From the IMG/VR virus record IMGVR_UViG_2775506815_000003, positions 1 to 64,000 of that record: DNA of 64,000 nt. One strand, written 5' to 3'. Below the pieces are notes generated by a model, which did no database searches, was not told where the DNA came from, and was given only the letters and a program-made list of their open reading frames with translations. Within the stretch, counting starts at the first letter, position 1. Each line of letters begins with the position of its first letter. Made by a program: the position numbers and the translations under genes. The stretch comes from an uncultured virus (IMG/VR IMGVR_UViG_2775506815_000003). Lineage: Duplodnaviria; Heunggongvirae; Uroviricota; Caudoviricetes. This document shows positions 19,335 through 30,616 of this stretch, one piece after another.

Positions 19335-19602
19335 ATGGCANAGACCATGGATAGAAGAGACAATTGATAAAAACTGTAGAATTTGTGGAGAGAAAAAAGA
19401 GTTTTCAATATACTGGGTTTTAGATTCTAATGAGTCATTTTATATTTGTAGGGATTGTTATTTCATCTTGAGGGGTCTTTTTATTGATACGATGCTAGAG
19501 AAAGAAGAAGAGGAAGGAATTTCTATATTAAATCAGCTGAAAGAGTTAGAGACAAAGATAAACAAAATAAAAAGTATGAGAAAAAAGAATGAGCAATACT
19601 AA
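19335..19602 (+). CDS. Moron, small zinc-finger protein (frame broken only by the ambiguous N at 19341)
   Basis: Removing the N gives an 88-aa ORF with CRIC..CRDC, strong RBS and terminator at ~19608-19631. Confidence 0.6.
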
Positions 19603-19690
19603 ATTAAAGAGCCCTAACAAGGCTCTTTTTTAATACAAAAAACCAATATACAAAACAAACGAATGGCAATTAGCAATGAGGTGGTGATAG

Positions 19691-20434
19691 ATGGCTAGAG
19701 CTAGAAATCCAGATAGAATAAAGGCAGAAAAAATATATTTAGAACATGAAGGAAATATTGAATTAGTTAAGATTGCAGAAATATTAGATAGACCTCCAGG
19801 AACAATTAGAGGTTGGAAAAATAAAGATAAATGGGATGATAAAATAAATGGAACGTTCCAGAAAAAAGATAACAAGAATACGGAACGTTCCAAAAAAGAA
19901 AGAGGGGGTCAACCTGGCAATAAAAATGCAGTTGGTCATGGAGCACCTCCTGAAAATAAAAATGCTGAAAAACATGGATTCTTTTCAAAGTATCTTCCTG
20001 AGGAAACAATGGATATTATCCAAGAGATACAAGAAAGGGATCCTATTGATTTATTATGGGATGGCATACAAATACAATATGGAGCCATTATCAGAGCTCA
20101 AAGGATTATGCATGTGGAAAGTAAAGGGGAAATGATAAAGGAATTAAAGAAACAAAAAGAATATGATAGCGAAACTGTATCATCATCTGAAATTGAATAT
20201 GAATTTCAGTTTGCATGGGATAGGCAAGCTACATTCCTTCAAGCTCAGAGTAGAGCTATGGCAGAATTGAGAAGTCTAATAAAGCAGTATGATGAGTTGC
20301 TTAATAGTAACAGAGATTTAGCAACAGAAGAACAAAGGTTAAGGATTGAAAAGCTAAAAGCAGATATCGAAAAGGTTAAGAGCCAAGACAATGATGAATC
20401 TATAGAAATAGTAATCAAGCGAAAGGGCGAATAA
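19691..20434 (+). CDS. Terminase small subunit
   Basis: [32 protein letters not shown]. Confidence 0.9.
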   Translation: MARARNPDRIKAEKIYLEHEGNIELVKIAEILDRPPGTIRGWKNKDKWDDKINGTFQKKDNKNTERSKKERGGQPGNKNAVGHGAPPENKNAEKHGFFSKYLPEETMDIIQEIQERDPIDLLWDGIQIQYGAIIRAQRIMHVESKGEMIKELKKQKEYDSETVSSSEIEYEFQFAWDRQATFLQAQSRAMAELRSLIKQYDELLNSNRDLATEEQRLRIEKLKADIEKVKSQDNDESIEIVIKRKGE

Positions 20435-20436
20435 TA

Positions 20437-21735
20437 ATGGTAGTAGAAAAAGAAGTTAATCCTCACTTTGAAGACTTTATATTTGATTGGAATTATAAGA
20501 CTTATTTGCTTGCAGGTGGCTATGGCAGCAGTAAAAGTTATCATGTAGCCTTAAAACTAATATTAAAATTATTACAAGAGAAAAGAAAAGCTTTAGTAGT
20601 TAGAGAAGTATTTGAAACTATAAGGGATAGTTGCTATGCATTATTTGAAGAAATAATTTCAGATCTAGAACTAGATGACAGAATAAAATGTACTACTTCT
20701 CCAATGCAGATAAAGTTTCCAAACGGAAGTCAAATAATATTTAAGGGAATGGATAAGCCAGCTAAGTTGAAGTCTATACATGGAGTAACTATTGTATGGA
20801 TAGAGGAATGTTCAGAACTTAAATATGAAGGTTATAAAGAGCTTTTAGGTAGGGCGAGACATCCAAGTCTACCCATTCACTTTATACTATCAACTAATCC
20901 AGTAGGAGAGGATAATTGGACCTATAAACATTTCTTTAAGGATGAACAGAATGACATATTTATTTTGGATGATGAAGAACTATATAAAAAAAGAACAATT
21001 ATAAAAAATAACACATATTATCATCATAGCCTAGCTGATGATAATTTATTTTTGCCTGAAAGCTATGTAGAACAGTTGGATGAACTTAAAATTTATGATC
21101 CTGACTTATATAGGATAGCTAGGCTTGGCAGATTTGGCATAAATGGTATTAAGGTACTTCCACAATTTGAAGTAGATCCCCATTGGAAAGTTATGAGAGA
21201 AGTAAACAGGATACCTGAAAAGTTTAAAAGAATCGGCTTAGATTTTGGGTTTGAAGATTCTTACAATGCATTAGTTAGAATAGCTATAGATGACAAAGAA
21301 AAGATACTGTATATATACTATGAGTACTATAGAAACAATCAAACAGACGATTATACTGCCAGAGATTTAGAAGAGTTTAGATTATCTAAGGAACTGGTAA
21401 TAGCAGATAGCGAAGATCCTAAAGCGATTAGATACTTTAATCAGCAAGGATTTAGAATGATAGGAGCCAAAAAGTTTCCAGGATCAAGATTGTCTAACAC
21501 TAGAAAGGTTAAGAGATTTAAAAAAATTATATGTTCTGAGAATTGTAGAAATGCAATAAGGGAGCTTAGAAATTTAACATATAAAGAAGATAGAAATGGT
21601 AATTTAATATATGATGAATTTAACATAGATAGTCACTGCTTTAGTGCAATATGGTATGCACTAGACGGATACGAAGTGGCAGATATAAAAGAAAAAGCTA
21701 ACGAGAGACCTAAAGGGGTGAGAAGGAAAAGATGA
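20437..21735 (+). CDS. PBSX-family terminase large subunit
   Basis: [22 protein letters not shown]. Confidence 0.95.
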   Translation: MVVEKEVNPHFEDFIFDWNYKTYLLAGGYGSSKSYHVALKLILKLLQEKRKALVVREVFETIRDSCYALFEEIISDLELDDRIKCTTSPMQIKFPNGSQIIFKGMDKPAKLKSIHGVTIVWIEECSELKYEGYKELLGRARHPSLPIHFILSTNPVGEDNWTYKHFFKDEQNDIFILDDEELYKKRTIIKNNTYYHHSLADDNLFLPESYVEQLDELKIYDPDLYRIARLGRFGINGIKVLPQFEVDPHWKVMREVNRIPEKFKRIGLDFGFEDSYNALVRIAIDDKEKILYIYYEYYRNNQTDDYTARDLEEFRLSKELVIADSEDPKAIRYFNQQGFRMIGAKKFPGSRLSNTRKVKRFKKIICSENCRNAIRELRNLTYKEDRNGNLIYDEFNIDSHCFSAIWYALDGYEVADIKEKANERPKGVRRKR

Positions 21736-23315
21736 GTAAAGAAAATAGGAAAAGCACAGGACATCCTGGAATCTTTGAAATGATGAAAGAAGCAGAAAAG
21801 AAAATAGTAACAAGTTCTAAACAACTTGAGGATTTCAAAGAATTATATGGAGATGTTCTACACCCTCCATATGAACCAAAAGATTTATTAAGAATAGTAG
21901 AAGAAAGTTCTATTTTAAAGCAATATATAAATGCTATGTCTACAAACATAGCAATGTTTGGACATGGAATAAAATACAAAGATGACTTTGATTATGACAG
22001 AGAAGAAGATGAAACGGTAAAGAAAGAAGCAGACAGAGAATGGGATAAATTGACTAGACTGTATAAATACATTAATCCTACAGAACCTTTTAAAAAGGTA
22101 ATAGAAAAAATGATTATAGACAGAGAATCAATAGGATGGGGGACTATAGAAGTAATGAGAGATGGAAAAGGAGAAGTAAGCCATATAGAATACTGTAGAG
22201 CTGCAAATATTAGAATTGCTAGGCTAAAATCAGAAGAATACAATCCTATAGAATTTGAAGTTATAGAAAAAGATGATAATGGAGAATATACAACACAAAC
22301 CTATTTTAAGAAGTTTAAAAAGTTCGTTCAACTTATAGGAGGGAATAAAAGATATTTTAAAGAATTTGGAGATCCTAGACATCTAAACTATGAAACCGGA
22401 GAATATGGCGACAATGTTCCTGAAGAAAGAAGAGCTAATGAAATAGCTTTTTTCCCTATACATGATCCGTCAACTGATTACGGAATACCTAGATGGACTG
22501 GTTCTTTAGTTGATGTAATAGGCAATAGATCAAGTGAAGTACTTAACTTTACTTACTTTGAAAGTGGGACTATGCTTCCGGCAGCTATTATCGTTGATGG
22601 GGGGCAGCTTACAGAAGAAAGTATATTGGCTTTACAAGAAGGAAAAGGAATAGGAAATGCATTTAAGTTATTGCTACTTGAAACAGCTCCATTTGAAGGA
22701 GAAGGCACTATTATTACAGAAAGTAATAAAAATAAAGTTACAACTAAGATAGAGAAGTTAGCAGACACTATGAACAAAGATGCACTATTCCAAGAATATC
22801 AAAAAAATAATAAGGAAAAGGTTAGGGATAATTTTAGGCTTCCACCTATTTTTACTGGCCAATCTTCTGATTATACAAGAGCTACTGCTGAAACAGCTAG
22901 AAAAATAGCAGAGGAACAAATATTTGTACCTGAAAGGGAAGATATTACAAGTATTTTTAATACAATTATTAACAATGAATTAGGAATTAAATATGTTGAG
23001 ATGTATCTTAGGGGACCAAATTTTAGTAATATAATAGAAAAATCTGAAGCTCTTAGCCCATATATCCAGGCAGGGGCAGCAACACCAAATATGTTAATAG
23101 AACCTTTAGAAGAATTATTAGGTGTAAACATAGATCCATTACCTGATGAAATAGGGAATATACCTATAGAGTTACTTAAGCTTCAATTAAGCATGAGACA
23201 ACAAGATTTATCAGACTCTAAAATGGAAATAGAAAAATCAGATAAAACTATTGATGTACTATATGAAATGATGAGTGAGATTAAAAAATATCTCAGTGAT
23301 AATAATGATGAATAA
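21732..23315 (+). CDS. Portal protein (PBSX/XkdE-like)
   Basis: [27 protein letters not shown]; follows terminase. Confidence 0.9.
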   Translation: MSKENRKSTGHPGIFEMMKEAEKKIVTSSKQLEDFKELYGDVLHPPYEPKDLLRIVEESSILKQYINAMSTNIAMFGHGIKYKDDFDYDREEDETVKKEADREWDKLTRLYKYINPTEPFKKVIEKMIIDRESIGWGTIEVMRDGKGEVSHIEYCRAANIRIARLKSEEYNPIEFEVIEKDDNGEYTTQTYFKKFKKFVQLIGGNKRYFKEFGDPRHLNYETGEYGDNVPEERRANEIAFFPIHDPSTDYGIPRWTGSLVDVIGNRSSEVLNFTYFESGTMLPAAIIVDGGQLTEESILALQEGKGIGNAFKLLLLETAPFEGEGTIITESNKNKVTTKIEKLADTMNKDALFQEYQKNNKEKVRDNFRLPPIFTGQSSDYTRATAETARKIAEEQIFVPEREDITSIFNTIINNELGIKYVEMYLRGPNFSNIIEKSEALSPYIQAGAATPNMLIEPLEELLGVNIDPLPDEIGNIPIELLKLQLSMRQQDLSDSKMEIEKSDKTIDVLYEMMSEIKKYLSDNNDE

Positions 23316-24276
23316 AAATAATGCTGCAACACAAATATATAAATCTATAGATAAAACTTTAAATAAATTAATAGAATCTAGTGCAAAAAACTACCTAAAA
23401 GATCTTAGAAAACATAGTTGGCATAAAACAGCATTAAAAGGATATAAAAACCTTTCTAAAGAGCTTTTAAAGCTTTTAAAAGGACAAGCTAATAAGTATG
23501 CTAAAACTATAGAAGGTAAAGAGCTATTCAAGAAAAAAATTAAAAAAGATGAAGATGAAGACGATAGTGACGATATAGAAGATATAATTGAAGATTTGAT
23601 AGAATATGAAGAAAAATATGATAATGTAGTAGATGATGATATCAAGGGGCTCATTGAAGAATTAAAAGAAGAAATGATAGAAGAGTTAGAAAAACTTTTT
23701 GAAGAAGAAATAGAAGAAAATTTACTGATTGCTGCAGCTAAAAATATATCACAAGATTTAGGTATAAAATTTAACTTTAATAAGTTTAATGAGTTTACAA
23801 GAGACTATTTAAAAGATAAAAAAATAAATTGGGCCAAACAAGTTCAAGAAACTACAGAGAAACGGATAAAAAAAATATTAGTGCAAGGATTTGAAGAAGG
23901 ATTAGGAAGCTATGATATAGCTAAAATTATATATAAAGATAACACTTTCAGCTACAATAGGGCTGAAACTATAGTAAGAACTGAAGTGATTAGTTCCTGC
24001 AATTATGCAGATAATGTTATATGGAACATTGATGATAATATTATAGGGAAAGAATGGAGCTCTGTAGGTGATGGAAGGAGTAGATTGTCTCACTCATCAG
24101 CTAGTGGCCAAAAGGTTCCTAAAGATAAGCCTTTTATTATAGGTGGGTACAAGTTAATGCATCCAGGAGATACTTCCTTAGGAGCACCTGCAAGTGAAAT
24201 TATTAGTTGTAGATGTACTATGCGTCCCATTTTTAAAGGAGAAAGCTTAAAAAGTAAAATTGACAATGAAAAATAA
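23275..24276 (+). CDS. Minor capsid / head morphogenesis protein (Mu F-like)
   Basis: RAETIVRTE, KEW..D.R.R.SH, HPGD..E.ISCRC. Confidence 0.85.
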   Translation: MRLKNISVIIMMNKNNAATQIYKSIDKTLNKLIESSAKNYLKDLRKHSWHKTALKGYKNLSKELLKLLKGQANKYAKTIEGKELFKKKIKKDEDEDDSDDIEDIIEDLIEYEEKYDNVVDDDIKGLIEELKEEMIEELEKLFEEEIEENLLIAAAKNISQDLGIKFNFNKFNEFTRDYLKDKKINWAKQVQETTEKRIKKILVQGFEEGLGSYDIAKIIYKDNTFSYNRAETIVRTEVISSCNYADNVIWNIDDNIIGKEWSSVGDGRSRLSHSSASGQKVPKDKPFIIGGYKLMHPGDTSLGAPASEIISCRCTMRPIFKGESLKSKIDNEK

Positions 24277-24340
24277 AAGCACTTACCAAATAAAAACAGT
24301 AAGTGCTTTTATTATATCTATTATCTTTTATCTTTGAAAG

Positions 24341-24775
24341 GTGGTGAAAACATTGAGTTCAATAGAGAAAACTTTTGAGGTTGCTATTGCTAAGGTTGAC
24401 AAAGAAAATAAAATTGTTGAAGGTGTAGTTTATAGGCCTTCAAAAGAGTTTAATGAAAAAGGAGAACCTACAGACTATAAAGATAGTCATGGAGACTGGA
24501 TGACTGAGGAAGATGTAAAGAAAGCATGTCATAACTTTTCTAAAAAGTTAGCAATAACGAAAGGTGCAGTAATAGATAAACAACATAATGAAAAGGCTGG
24601 CTATGGCCATGTAGTAGAGAATTATATTGCCAAGACAGATATACCCGACATTGGAGCTAAAAAAGGTGATTGGTGTGCTGCTGTAGAGGTAAGTGATGAT
24701 AAAACATGGCAACAAGTTTTAAAGGAAGAGATAACAGGTTTTTCTATAGGCGGTAAGGCTATATATATTAAGTAG
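24341..24775 (+). CDS. XkdF-like prohead protease
   Basis: V.GVVY.P, DSHGD, IDKQH, TGFSIGG. Confidence 0.8.
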   Translation: MVKTLSSIEKTFEVAIAKVDKENKIVEGVVYRPSKEFNEKGEPTDYKDSHGDWMTEEDVKKACHNFSKKLAITKGAVIDKQHNEKAGYGHVVENYIAKTDIPDIGAKKGDWCAAVEVSDDKTWQQVLKEEITGFSIGGKAIYIK

Positions 24776-24791
24776 GAAAGGAGGAATCAAG

Positions 24792-25541
24792 TTGCCAAGA
24801 ATGACAGATGTTGATGTAGATTTTATTAGCTTAGTCAATAAGGGGGCTAATAAGCAAAAGATACAAATATATAAATCAGAAGATTATAAGCCTGATACTT
24901 CTTCTAATGATAATGAAAATATTGAAGAAGTGACAGGTTTTTTTAATGCTATTAAATCCTTTTTTACAGGAGAAAGTGGATTAAAGAAAGAAGCAAAAAA
25001 TTCCGTTAAAGGATTTAAAGAAAGAATAGGGACCAAAGAAATTATGGATAATATTTGGAGAATAAATGATACTTTGGTGCAGACCATGAGGGATATTTTA
25101 AATAGTCCTGATATAAAAGATAAAAAAGCAGCTTTAAACACCGCCATAGATGAGCATAATGAATATCTTAAATCGAAGGTTTCTGGTGTTGATGATGTAA
25201 AAAAATCATTAGAATTTTTAAAAGAAAGGGGTAATGAAGATATGAAAAAAGAGGACTTACAAGATGTAATAAAAGAGGTAATTAAGCCATTAGATGAAAA
25301 AATAAAGGCCATAGAAAAAGAAGTTAATCCAGGAGACGAAGAAGATAATAAAGATGAAGTTCAAAAAGGAGAAATAACAAAAGAAGATATTAAGAAAGCG
25401 TTGGAAGAAGTGATTAATCCTTTAGAAGAAAGAATTAGTAAAATTGAAAACTTTAAAGGAATCTCCAAGCAATTAAATGGAGACTTAGAAGATCAGCATA
25501 TAAAGAAGTCTACAAGTGTATTTTCCGGAATTGATATATAA
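24792..25541 (+). CDS. Scaffold-like protein
   Basis: VDFISLVNKGAN start; charged coiled coil before capsid gene. Confidence 0.65.
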   Translation: MPRMTDVDVDFISLVNKGANKQKIQIYKSEDYKPDTSSNDNENIEEVTGFFNAIKSFFTGESGLKKEAKNSVKGFKERIGTKEIMDNIWRINDTLVQTMRDILNSPDIKDKKAALNTAIDEHNEYLKSKVSGVDDVKKSLEFLKERGNEDMKKEDLQDVIKEVIKPLDEKIKAIEKEVNPGDEEDNKDEVQKGEITKEDIKKALEEVINPLEERISKIENFKGISKQLNGDLEDQHIKKSTSVFSGIDI

Positions 25542-25578
25542 GAAAAATTTTAAATTCAAATTTAAGGAGGAATAATTT

Positions 25579-26526
25579 ATGGGAAACTATAGCAATCAAG
25601 CAATAATAAACAAAGGAAGAACTTTAGCAACAGGACAAACTAATGGAATGTTAAATCCAGAGCAGTCAGAAAGATTTATGCAGATGGTATTTGATGATAG
25701 TTCCTTTCTAGGAGAGCTTAGGCATGAAATGAGAGGTTCCACTAAGGGAACTATTGAAAAATTAGGTGTAGGAAGAAGGTTGCTTAGAAAAAAGGTAGAG
25801 GGAGATGCACCAGCTGATGGCGATTTAGTAGAACCAGTTTTAGGCGCAGTACCTTACTCTACTACAGATATAGTATTAGGAGCAGAGATTTCAGAGAAGT
25901 TTATTAGAGAAAATATTGAAAAAGAAGGTTTTGAAGAGGTATTTATGGGAATGATAGCTCAGCAAATTAAAGTAGACCTTTTAGACTTGGGGTTCAATGG
26001 CGATACCTCATATACTGGACCTGACGCTGCATTTGTAACTATAACGGATGGATTTATCAAAGGATTAGAAACAGATTCACATATCTTAGATGCCGGAGCT
26101 TTACAAGGTGGAAATTTCACTGATGATATGTTTACTGGAGCATTGAAACTGTTACCAACGAAATATTTTAATAGAACAAACTATAAATGGATAGCTAATA
26201 CAAGAACATATATTACCTGGTTAGAATATTTAAAACAGAAAGAGACAACTGCAGGTGATATGGCTATATTAAATGGTCAAAATTTAAATCCATTGTCAGT
26301 AGGTTGGAAAGAGGTTCCTAACTTCCCAGATGGAAAAATCATATTAGCAGATCCTAAGAACCTTACAATTGTAAATACTTATGATATTAAAATAAGAAAA
26401 ACCACTGAAGGTAGAAGTGCGGTAATGAAAGACATGAGATACTATGCAGTACATCTTGATGTTGACGCTATTATCATGGAGAAAGATGCTATTGTAGTAA
26501 TAAATAATGTTCCTTTAACTGTATAG
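25579..26526 (+). CDS. Major capsid protein (XkdG-like)
   Basis: G.LNPEQ..RF, ENIE, DL.FNGD, DPKNL. Confidence 0.85.
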   Translation: MGNYSNQAIINKGRTLATGQTNGMLNPEQSERFMQMVFDDSSFLGELRHEMRGSTKGTIEKLGVGRRLLRKKVEGDAPADGDLVEPVLGAVPYSTTDIVLGAEISEKFIRENIEKEGFEEVFMGMIAQQIKVDLLDLGFNGDTSYTGPDAAFVTITDGFIKGLETDSHILDAGALQGGNFTDDMFTGALKLLPTKYFNRTNYKWIANTRTYITWLEYLKQKETTAGDMAILNGQNLNPLSVGWKEVPNFPDGKIILADPKNLTIVNTYDIKIRKTTEGRSAVMKDMRYYAVHLDVDAIIMEKDAIVVINNVPLTV

Positions 26527-26538
26527 GAGGGGTTAAAT

Positions 26539-26808
26539 ATGATAGTGAGATTAAATAAAGGAGTGAGGAGCTATTATGCAGCTCCTTATACTTTTACCAA
26601 GGAGAATCCTGAACAAAAGGTATCTGCCGAATTAGGTGGATACCTTTTGGGGACCGGATACTTTAAAAAAATAAAGGATATAGAGAGGGAAGTAAAAATT
26701 GAGAATACTAACTTAGATCCAGAAGAAGAAGCAAGTGAACAAAAGAAACTTTATGATGAAGCTCAAAAGGAATCAAAGAAAAAATCTACTAAAAAAGAAG
26801 ACAAATAG
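26539..26808 (+). CDS. Small head-associated protein
   Basis: Position after capsid gene. Confidence 0.55.
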   Translation: MIVRLNKGVRSYYAAPYTFTKENPEQKVSAELGGYLLGTGYFKKIKDIEREVKIENTNLDPEEEASEQKKLYDEAQKESKKKSTKKEDK

Positions 26809-26816
26809 GTGATAAT

Positions 26817-27395
26817 ATGTATCTTACTGTTAAAGATATTAAAAATTCAAGGGTAGCTTCATTAACTGAGCTACCCGATAGCTTTATAGAAAAAAGATTA
26901 ATTGATCTAAGTAAAGTTATAGATGAATATTGTAATACTACATTTAAACCTACTCAGGCAGAGTGGAAAACTGATCTAAGGTTAAAAGTTAGAACTTTAA
27001 AAAAGCCTTTGATAAGCGTTGAAGAAGTTAAAGTATTAGATGAAGCTCTAGTTGAAGATGAAGATTATTATGTATATCCTGAAAAGAATTTAATAGAGTT
27101 TGAGGATATATCGAGGTATAAAAAAAGAAAAAAAGCTTTAAATTTTAAATACACCTATGGATATGTAGAAGTACCAGCAATAGTTAAAGAAGTACTCCTG
27201 GAACTATTCAAAGATAGTTTAGAAAGTGCAAATACTGTTGGGAAAATTAAGTCGGAACAGTGGGAAGATTATTCTTATACATTATCTGATAGTACGGAAA
27301 CTACTCAAAATATATTATCTAGATTAGATAGATTCATAGAAGATGAGGAAGAAATAGTAGAAGGCAAGAATAAAATAAGAGCTATGCTGCTATAG
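26817..27395 (+). CDS. Head-tail connector
   Basis: IDEYCN, YTYGY..VP..VK, KSE..DYSYT. Confidence 0.7.
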   Translation: MYLTVKDIKNSRVASLTELPDSFIEKRLIDLSKVIDEYCNTTFKPTQAEWKTDLRLKVRTLKKPLISVEEVKVLDEALVEDEDYYVYPEKNLIEFEDISRYKKRKKALNFKYTYGYVEVPAIVKEVLLELFKDSLESANTVGKIKSEQWEDYSYTLSDSTETTQNILSRLDRFIEDEEEIVEGKNKIRAMLL

Positions 27396-27406
27396 GTGGT
27401 GGTCAA

Positions 27407-27697
27407 ATGTTTTTAAAGGGATTAATACACGAAGTAGACATATATCCTATAGAAGTAAATACTTCAAATAGGACTCAAAAAAACCAAATGAGAACTAAAG
27501 AGAAAGTATTAGAAAATATAAAATGTAGAATAGTTAAAGATGAAAAAATAATGTTTGATCCTCATATTAAACTTAAAACTGGTGATTTAATAAAAGACAG
27601 AAACTCAGAAAAAGAATACACAGTTGAAAATGAATATACGGCTATAGGTTTTAATATTCATCATAGAAGCTATAAGGTTAAAAAGAAGGTAATATAG
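27407..27697 (+). CDS. Head-tail adaptor / closure protein
   Basis: Synteny and size. Confidence 0.55.
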   Translation: MFLKGLIHEVDIYPIEVNTSNRTQKNQMRTKEKVLENIKCRIVKDEKIMFDPHIKLKTGDLIKDRNSEKEYTVENEYTAIGFNIHHRSYKVKKKVI

Positions 27698-28240
27698 ATG
27701 AAAGATTATTTTAAAATAGTTATTAACCAGGAGAACTTAAGTAAACTATTTAATAGATATGGAGAAGAATTAACTGAAAAGGCTGTAAGGGTAGTAAATA
27801 AATATGCAAATCTAACAGCAAGAGATGCAAAACAAATAATACATGATTATAAATATAGGGATACTGGAAGGCTTATAAATTCAATTAAGCCTTCTATTTA
27901 TGCTTATACTGAAAAGATAGCAGGAGAGGTTAATGCAGGAACCAAGTATGCAGAGGCCATTCACGAGGGAGCAAAACATCCTATAGAGGGTTCTGAGGAG
28001 ACAGAAAGATTCTTTGTTCCGTTTAGGGTAGCTCCGAGTCTATTTAAATGGGCAGTTAGAAACAAGGTTATAGAAACTATAGATGGAGTATATAGGTTAG
28101 TTAGCACTGGACAAATAGTTGAGCCAAACAAAGGAGGATTGTTGGTCCATATAGCACCAACTAAGTACTTTGAAGAACCTTATAATAAATACAAAGATAA
28201 GTTTATTGAGGAAATGAATAACATTATAAATGATAATTAG
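27698..28240 (+). CDS. HK97 gp10-like neck protein
   Basis: DTGRL.NSI, YAEAIHEG. Confidence 0.75.
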   Translation: MKDYFKIVINQENLSKLFNRYGEELTEKAVRVVNKYANLTARDAKQIIHDYKYRDTGRLINSIKPSIYAYTEKIAGEVNAGTKYAEAIHEGAKHPIEGSEETERFFVPFRVAPSLFKWAVRNKVIETIDGVYRLVSTGQIVEPNKGGLLVHIAPTKYFEEPYNKYKDKFIEEMNNIINDN

Positions 28241-28248
28241 GTGATTTT

Positions 28249-28761
28249 ATGAAAAATTATTTTTATACAACGGAAATAGCTAATAAAATAAAGGAATTAT
28301 TAGATGAAAAGCTACCAATTGAGGTAGCTAAAAATATCTCTGTAGGAGATTTTACCGTATTACCAGCACCAGATAAACTAGAAGAATACTTGCCAGCAGT
28401 TATTATTAATCTTAGTGATAATGATGTGGTTGATAGTAACATCAGTTTGGATATATATAGTCAACAATACACTTACGACATACACTATTTATTTCCCTAT
28501 AGACTAAGAGAATTTGAAGATACTCCAATTGAAGCTATAAAAAGTGCTGAATATATAGCTAATGTCTTAATGAATTATAGGACATTAAATGATTTCACTA
28601 TAGATCCTACAGAGAATGAAGCAGGAGGACAAGTAATAACTAGTGCTATATCAAATTTAAGCTTTGATAATGCAGAAACAAAGTTATTTAGGGCCTTAGA
28701 AGTACCATCTTATATTGTTCATATTGAATATTATTTAGCATTTAGAACTTTTAGAGGATAG
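28249..28761 (+). CDS. Tail terminator-like protein
   Basis: Synteny. Confidence 0.55.
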   Translation: MKNYFYTTEIANKIKELLDEKLPIEVAKNISVGDFTVLPAPDKLEEYLPAVIINLSDNDVVDSNISLDIYSQQYTYDIHYLFPYRLREFEDTPIEAIKSAEYIANVLMNYRTLNDFTIDPTENEAGGQVITSAISNLSFDNAETKLFRALEVPSYIVHIEYYLAFRTFRG

Positions 28762-28774
28762 GAGGGTTATAACT

Positions 28775-29038
28775 GTGAAAAAAATTATTTTTAAAGGTTT
28801 AGGACCTACTGGGAATGTGGTCCATGAAGAAAATATTATAGAAGATGGAGCTATAGTTAAAGTAGAAGATGAAGTTGCGAAAGCTTATATTAAAGCGGGA
28901 TTAGCCTATGAAGTTATAGATGAACTTGAAGCTATAAAAATACAAGAGCAGGTTAGAAAAAATAAGGAAAGAAGAAAGGAAGTGTCAAAGGCCGTAGGGG
29001 AAAAGGCTATAGGAGAAAAGAAGGGAGGAAATAAATAA
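28775..29038 (+). CDS. Hypothetical virion protein
   Basis: Synteny, RBS. Confidence 0.55.
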   Translation: MKKIIFKGLGPTGNVVHEENIIEDGAIVKVEDEVAKAYIKAGLAYEVIDELEAIKIQEQVRKNKERRKEVSKAVGEKAIGEKKGGNK

Positions 29039-29868
29039 TGGCACAAGAAAGGTTGTCGAAAAGGATTAACATAGGTGTAGCTGATATTACATTTACACCT
29101 GACGATTCTAGTATTCCTATTTATTTAGGACTTACAAAGGGTGGAACTAAACTAGAATACAATCCAGAATATTATGATATAGAATCTGATCAAACCGGAA
29201 AAACACCTCTAGATAGTATTTTAATAGGTGAAGCTGTAAAAGTCACTGCTAATTTGTTAGACACTTCCCTTGAACATATATCAGCTGTAGTACCTACAGC
29301 TGATAAAGAAGAAGAAGGTGGAAAAATAAAAGCAGTAACCTTTGGAAGAAGACCAGGATTAAGATTAGGAGATAAAGCAGGAGTTTTAAGAGTACATCCT
29401 GTAAGTGCAGGAGTAGGAAGAACAGATAAAGATGTTATTGTATATAGAGCTGCCAATAAAGCAAGTTTGGAGTTAGCTTATGAACTAGAAAATGAATGGG
29501 TAATACCATGTGAATTCGTTGGTTATCCTGATGATTTTAGACCGGAAGGCGATCAGCTGTTTAGGATAGGAGAATATACTCATTATAAAGAACCTAAGAA
29601 GCGTATAATTTCATTTTGGATTACACCTGCAAATCCAGATGTAAAAGTAGGTTCTACAATAAAATTTAAAGCTAATGCAATGTATGAAGATGGAACAGCA
29701 GAGGATTTAACAAATAAAGCAAAATGGATTAGTTCTGAAGAAGAAGTTGCTACTATTAAATTAGATGGTAATGAAGCTGTAGCAACAGGAGTAAGCACTG
29801 GAACAGTAGTTATACAAGCACAATTAACAGGGTATTCAAGTTCAACTACTCTTGTAGTTAATGGATAA
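29038..29868 (+). CDS. Major tail protein with C-terminal Ig-like (Big_2) domain
   Basis: LGLTKGG, DQTG.TP; W.SS.EEVATI..G.ATGVSTG. Confidence 0.8.
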   Translation: MAQERLSKRINIGVADITFTPDDSSIPIYLGLTKGGTKLEYNPEYYDIESDQTGKTPLDSILIGEAVKVTANLLDTSLEHISAVVPTADKEEEGGKIKAVTFGRRPGLRLGDKAGVLRVHPVSAGVGRTDKDVIVYRAANKASLELAYELENEWVIPCEFVGYPDDFRPEGDQLFRIGEYTHYKEPKKRIISFWITPANPDVKVGSTIKFKANAMYEDGTAEDLTNKAKWISSEEEVATIKLDGNEAVATGVSTGTVVIQAQLTGYSSSTTLVVNG

Positions 29869-29897
29869 TATAAATAATATCAGGAGGTTTAAGTAAT

Positions 29898-30302
29898 ATG
29901 AAAACTATTAAACTTAATAATATTGAAGTTAAAATTAGAAGAGCTAAAGTAAAAGAAATAAAAGAGCTTATAAAAGATATGGCTGCCAAGATTACAGAGG
30001 TAGCCAATTTTATTTATCAAAAGCCTATGACAGATGATGAGTTTATAAACTCTTTGCCAGAATTTATTATAGAAAACATAGAGTTCTTTGAAAAGTATGT
30101 ATTAAAATTTACTATTGATTTTACTCAAGATAACTTTGATGATTTAGATTTCTTAGATTCTTTAAAACTTGTAAAAGAGATCGTTATTCATAACGGAATA
30201 AGTGAGGATTTTATTAAAAGTTTTTTTTACAACTTAAAGAAAACTTTAAAGGAACAAACAAAGGACGAGTTTGTGAAGGAGATTCCCAACGTAGAAGTTT
30301 AG
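29898..30302 (+). CDS. Tail assembly chaperone G
   Basis: Between tail tube and tape measure; T8 slippery run at 30221-30228. Confidence 0.75.
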   Translation: MKTIKLNNIEVKIRRAKVKEIKELIKDMAAKITEVANFIYQKPMTDDEFINSLPEFIIENIEFFEKYVLKFTIDFTQDNFDDLDFLDSLKLVKEIVIHNGISEDFIKSFFYNLKKTLKEQTKDEFVKEIPNVEV

Positions 30303-30616
30303 AGGAATTAGGAGAAGATTTTATTTACACAACACTAGATATTATTATACAGGACTATAAATGGACTATTGATTATATTTACAACTTAGATTTTTATGAT
30401 TTTCTAATGATCTATAAAAAAATAAAAGAAAGAGAAGAAAACAAAGCATTATTTGAACTAAGAAGACTACAATTGCTAACTCAAGCTATACATTCAACGG
30501 AACCACAAAACTTTATAGATGAATTAGAAGATATTATAAATAATGAACCTTCAAAAGAGATTATAGGAGATCTAGAGGAACTAGAAAAATTGAAACATAC
30601 AAGAGAGGTGGTGTAG
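30221..30616 (+). CDS. Tail chaperone T extension reached by -1 frameshift
   Basis: -1 frame open from T8 run through ORF 30407-30616. Confidence 0.75.
   Translation, partial: FFLQLKENFKGTNKGRVCEGDSQRRSLEELGEDFIYTTLDIIIQDYKWTIDYIYNLDFYDFLMIYKKIKEREENKALFELRRLQLLTQAIHSTEPQNFIDELEDIINNEPSKEIIGDLEELEKLKHTREVV

Noticed and set aside
19335..19602. Pseudogene
   Set aside because: The only lesion is the ambiguous N at 19341, probably an assembly artefact
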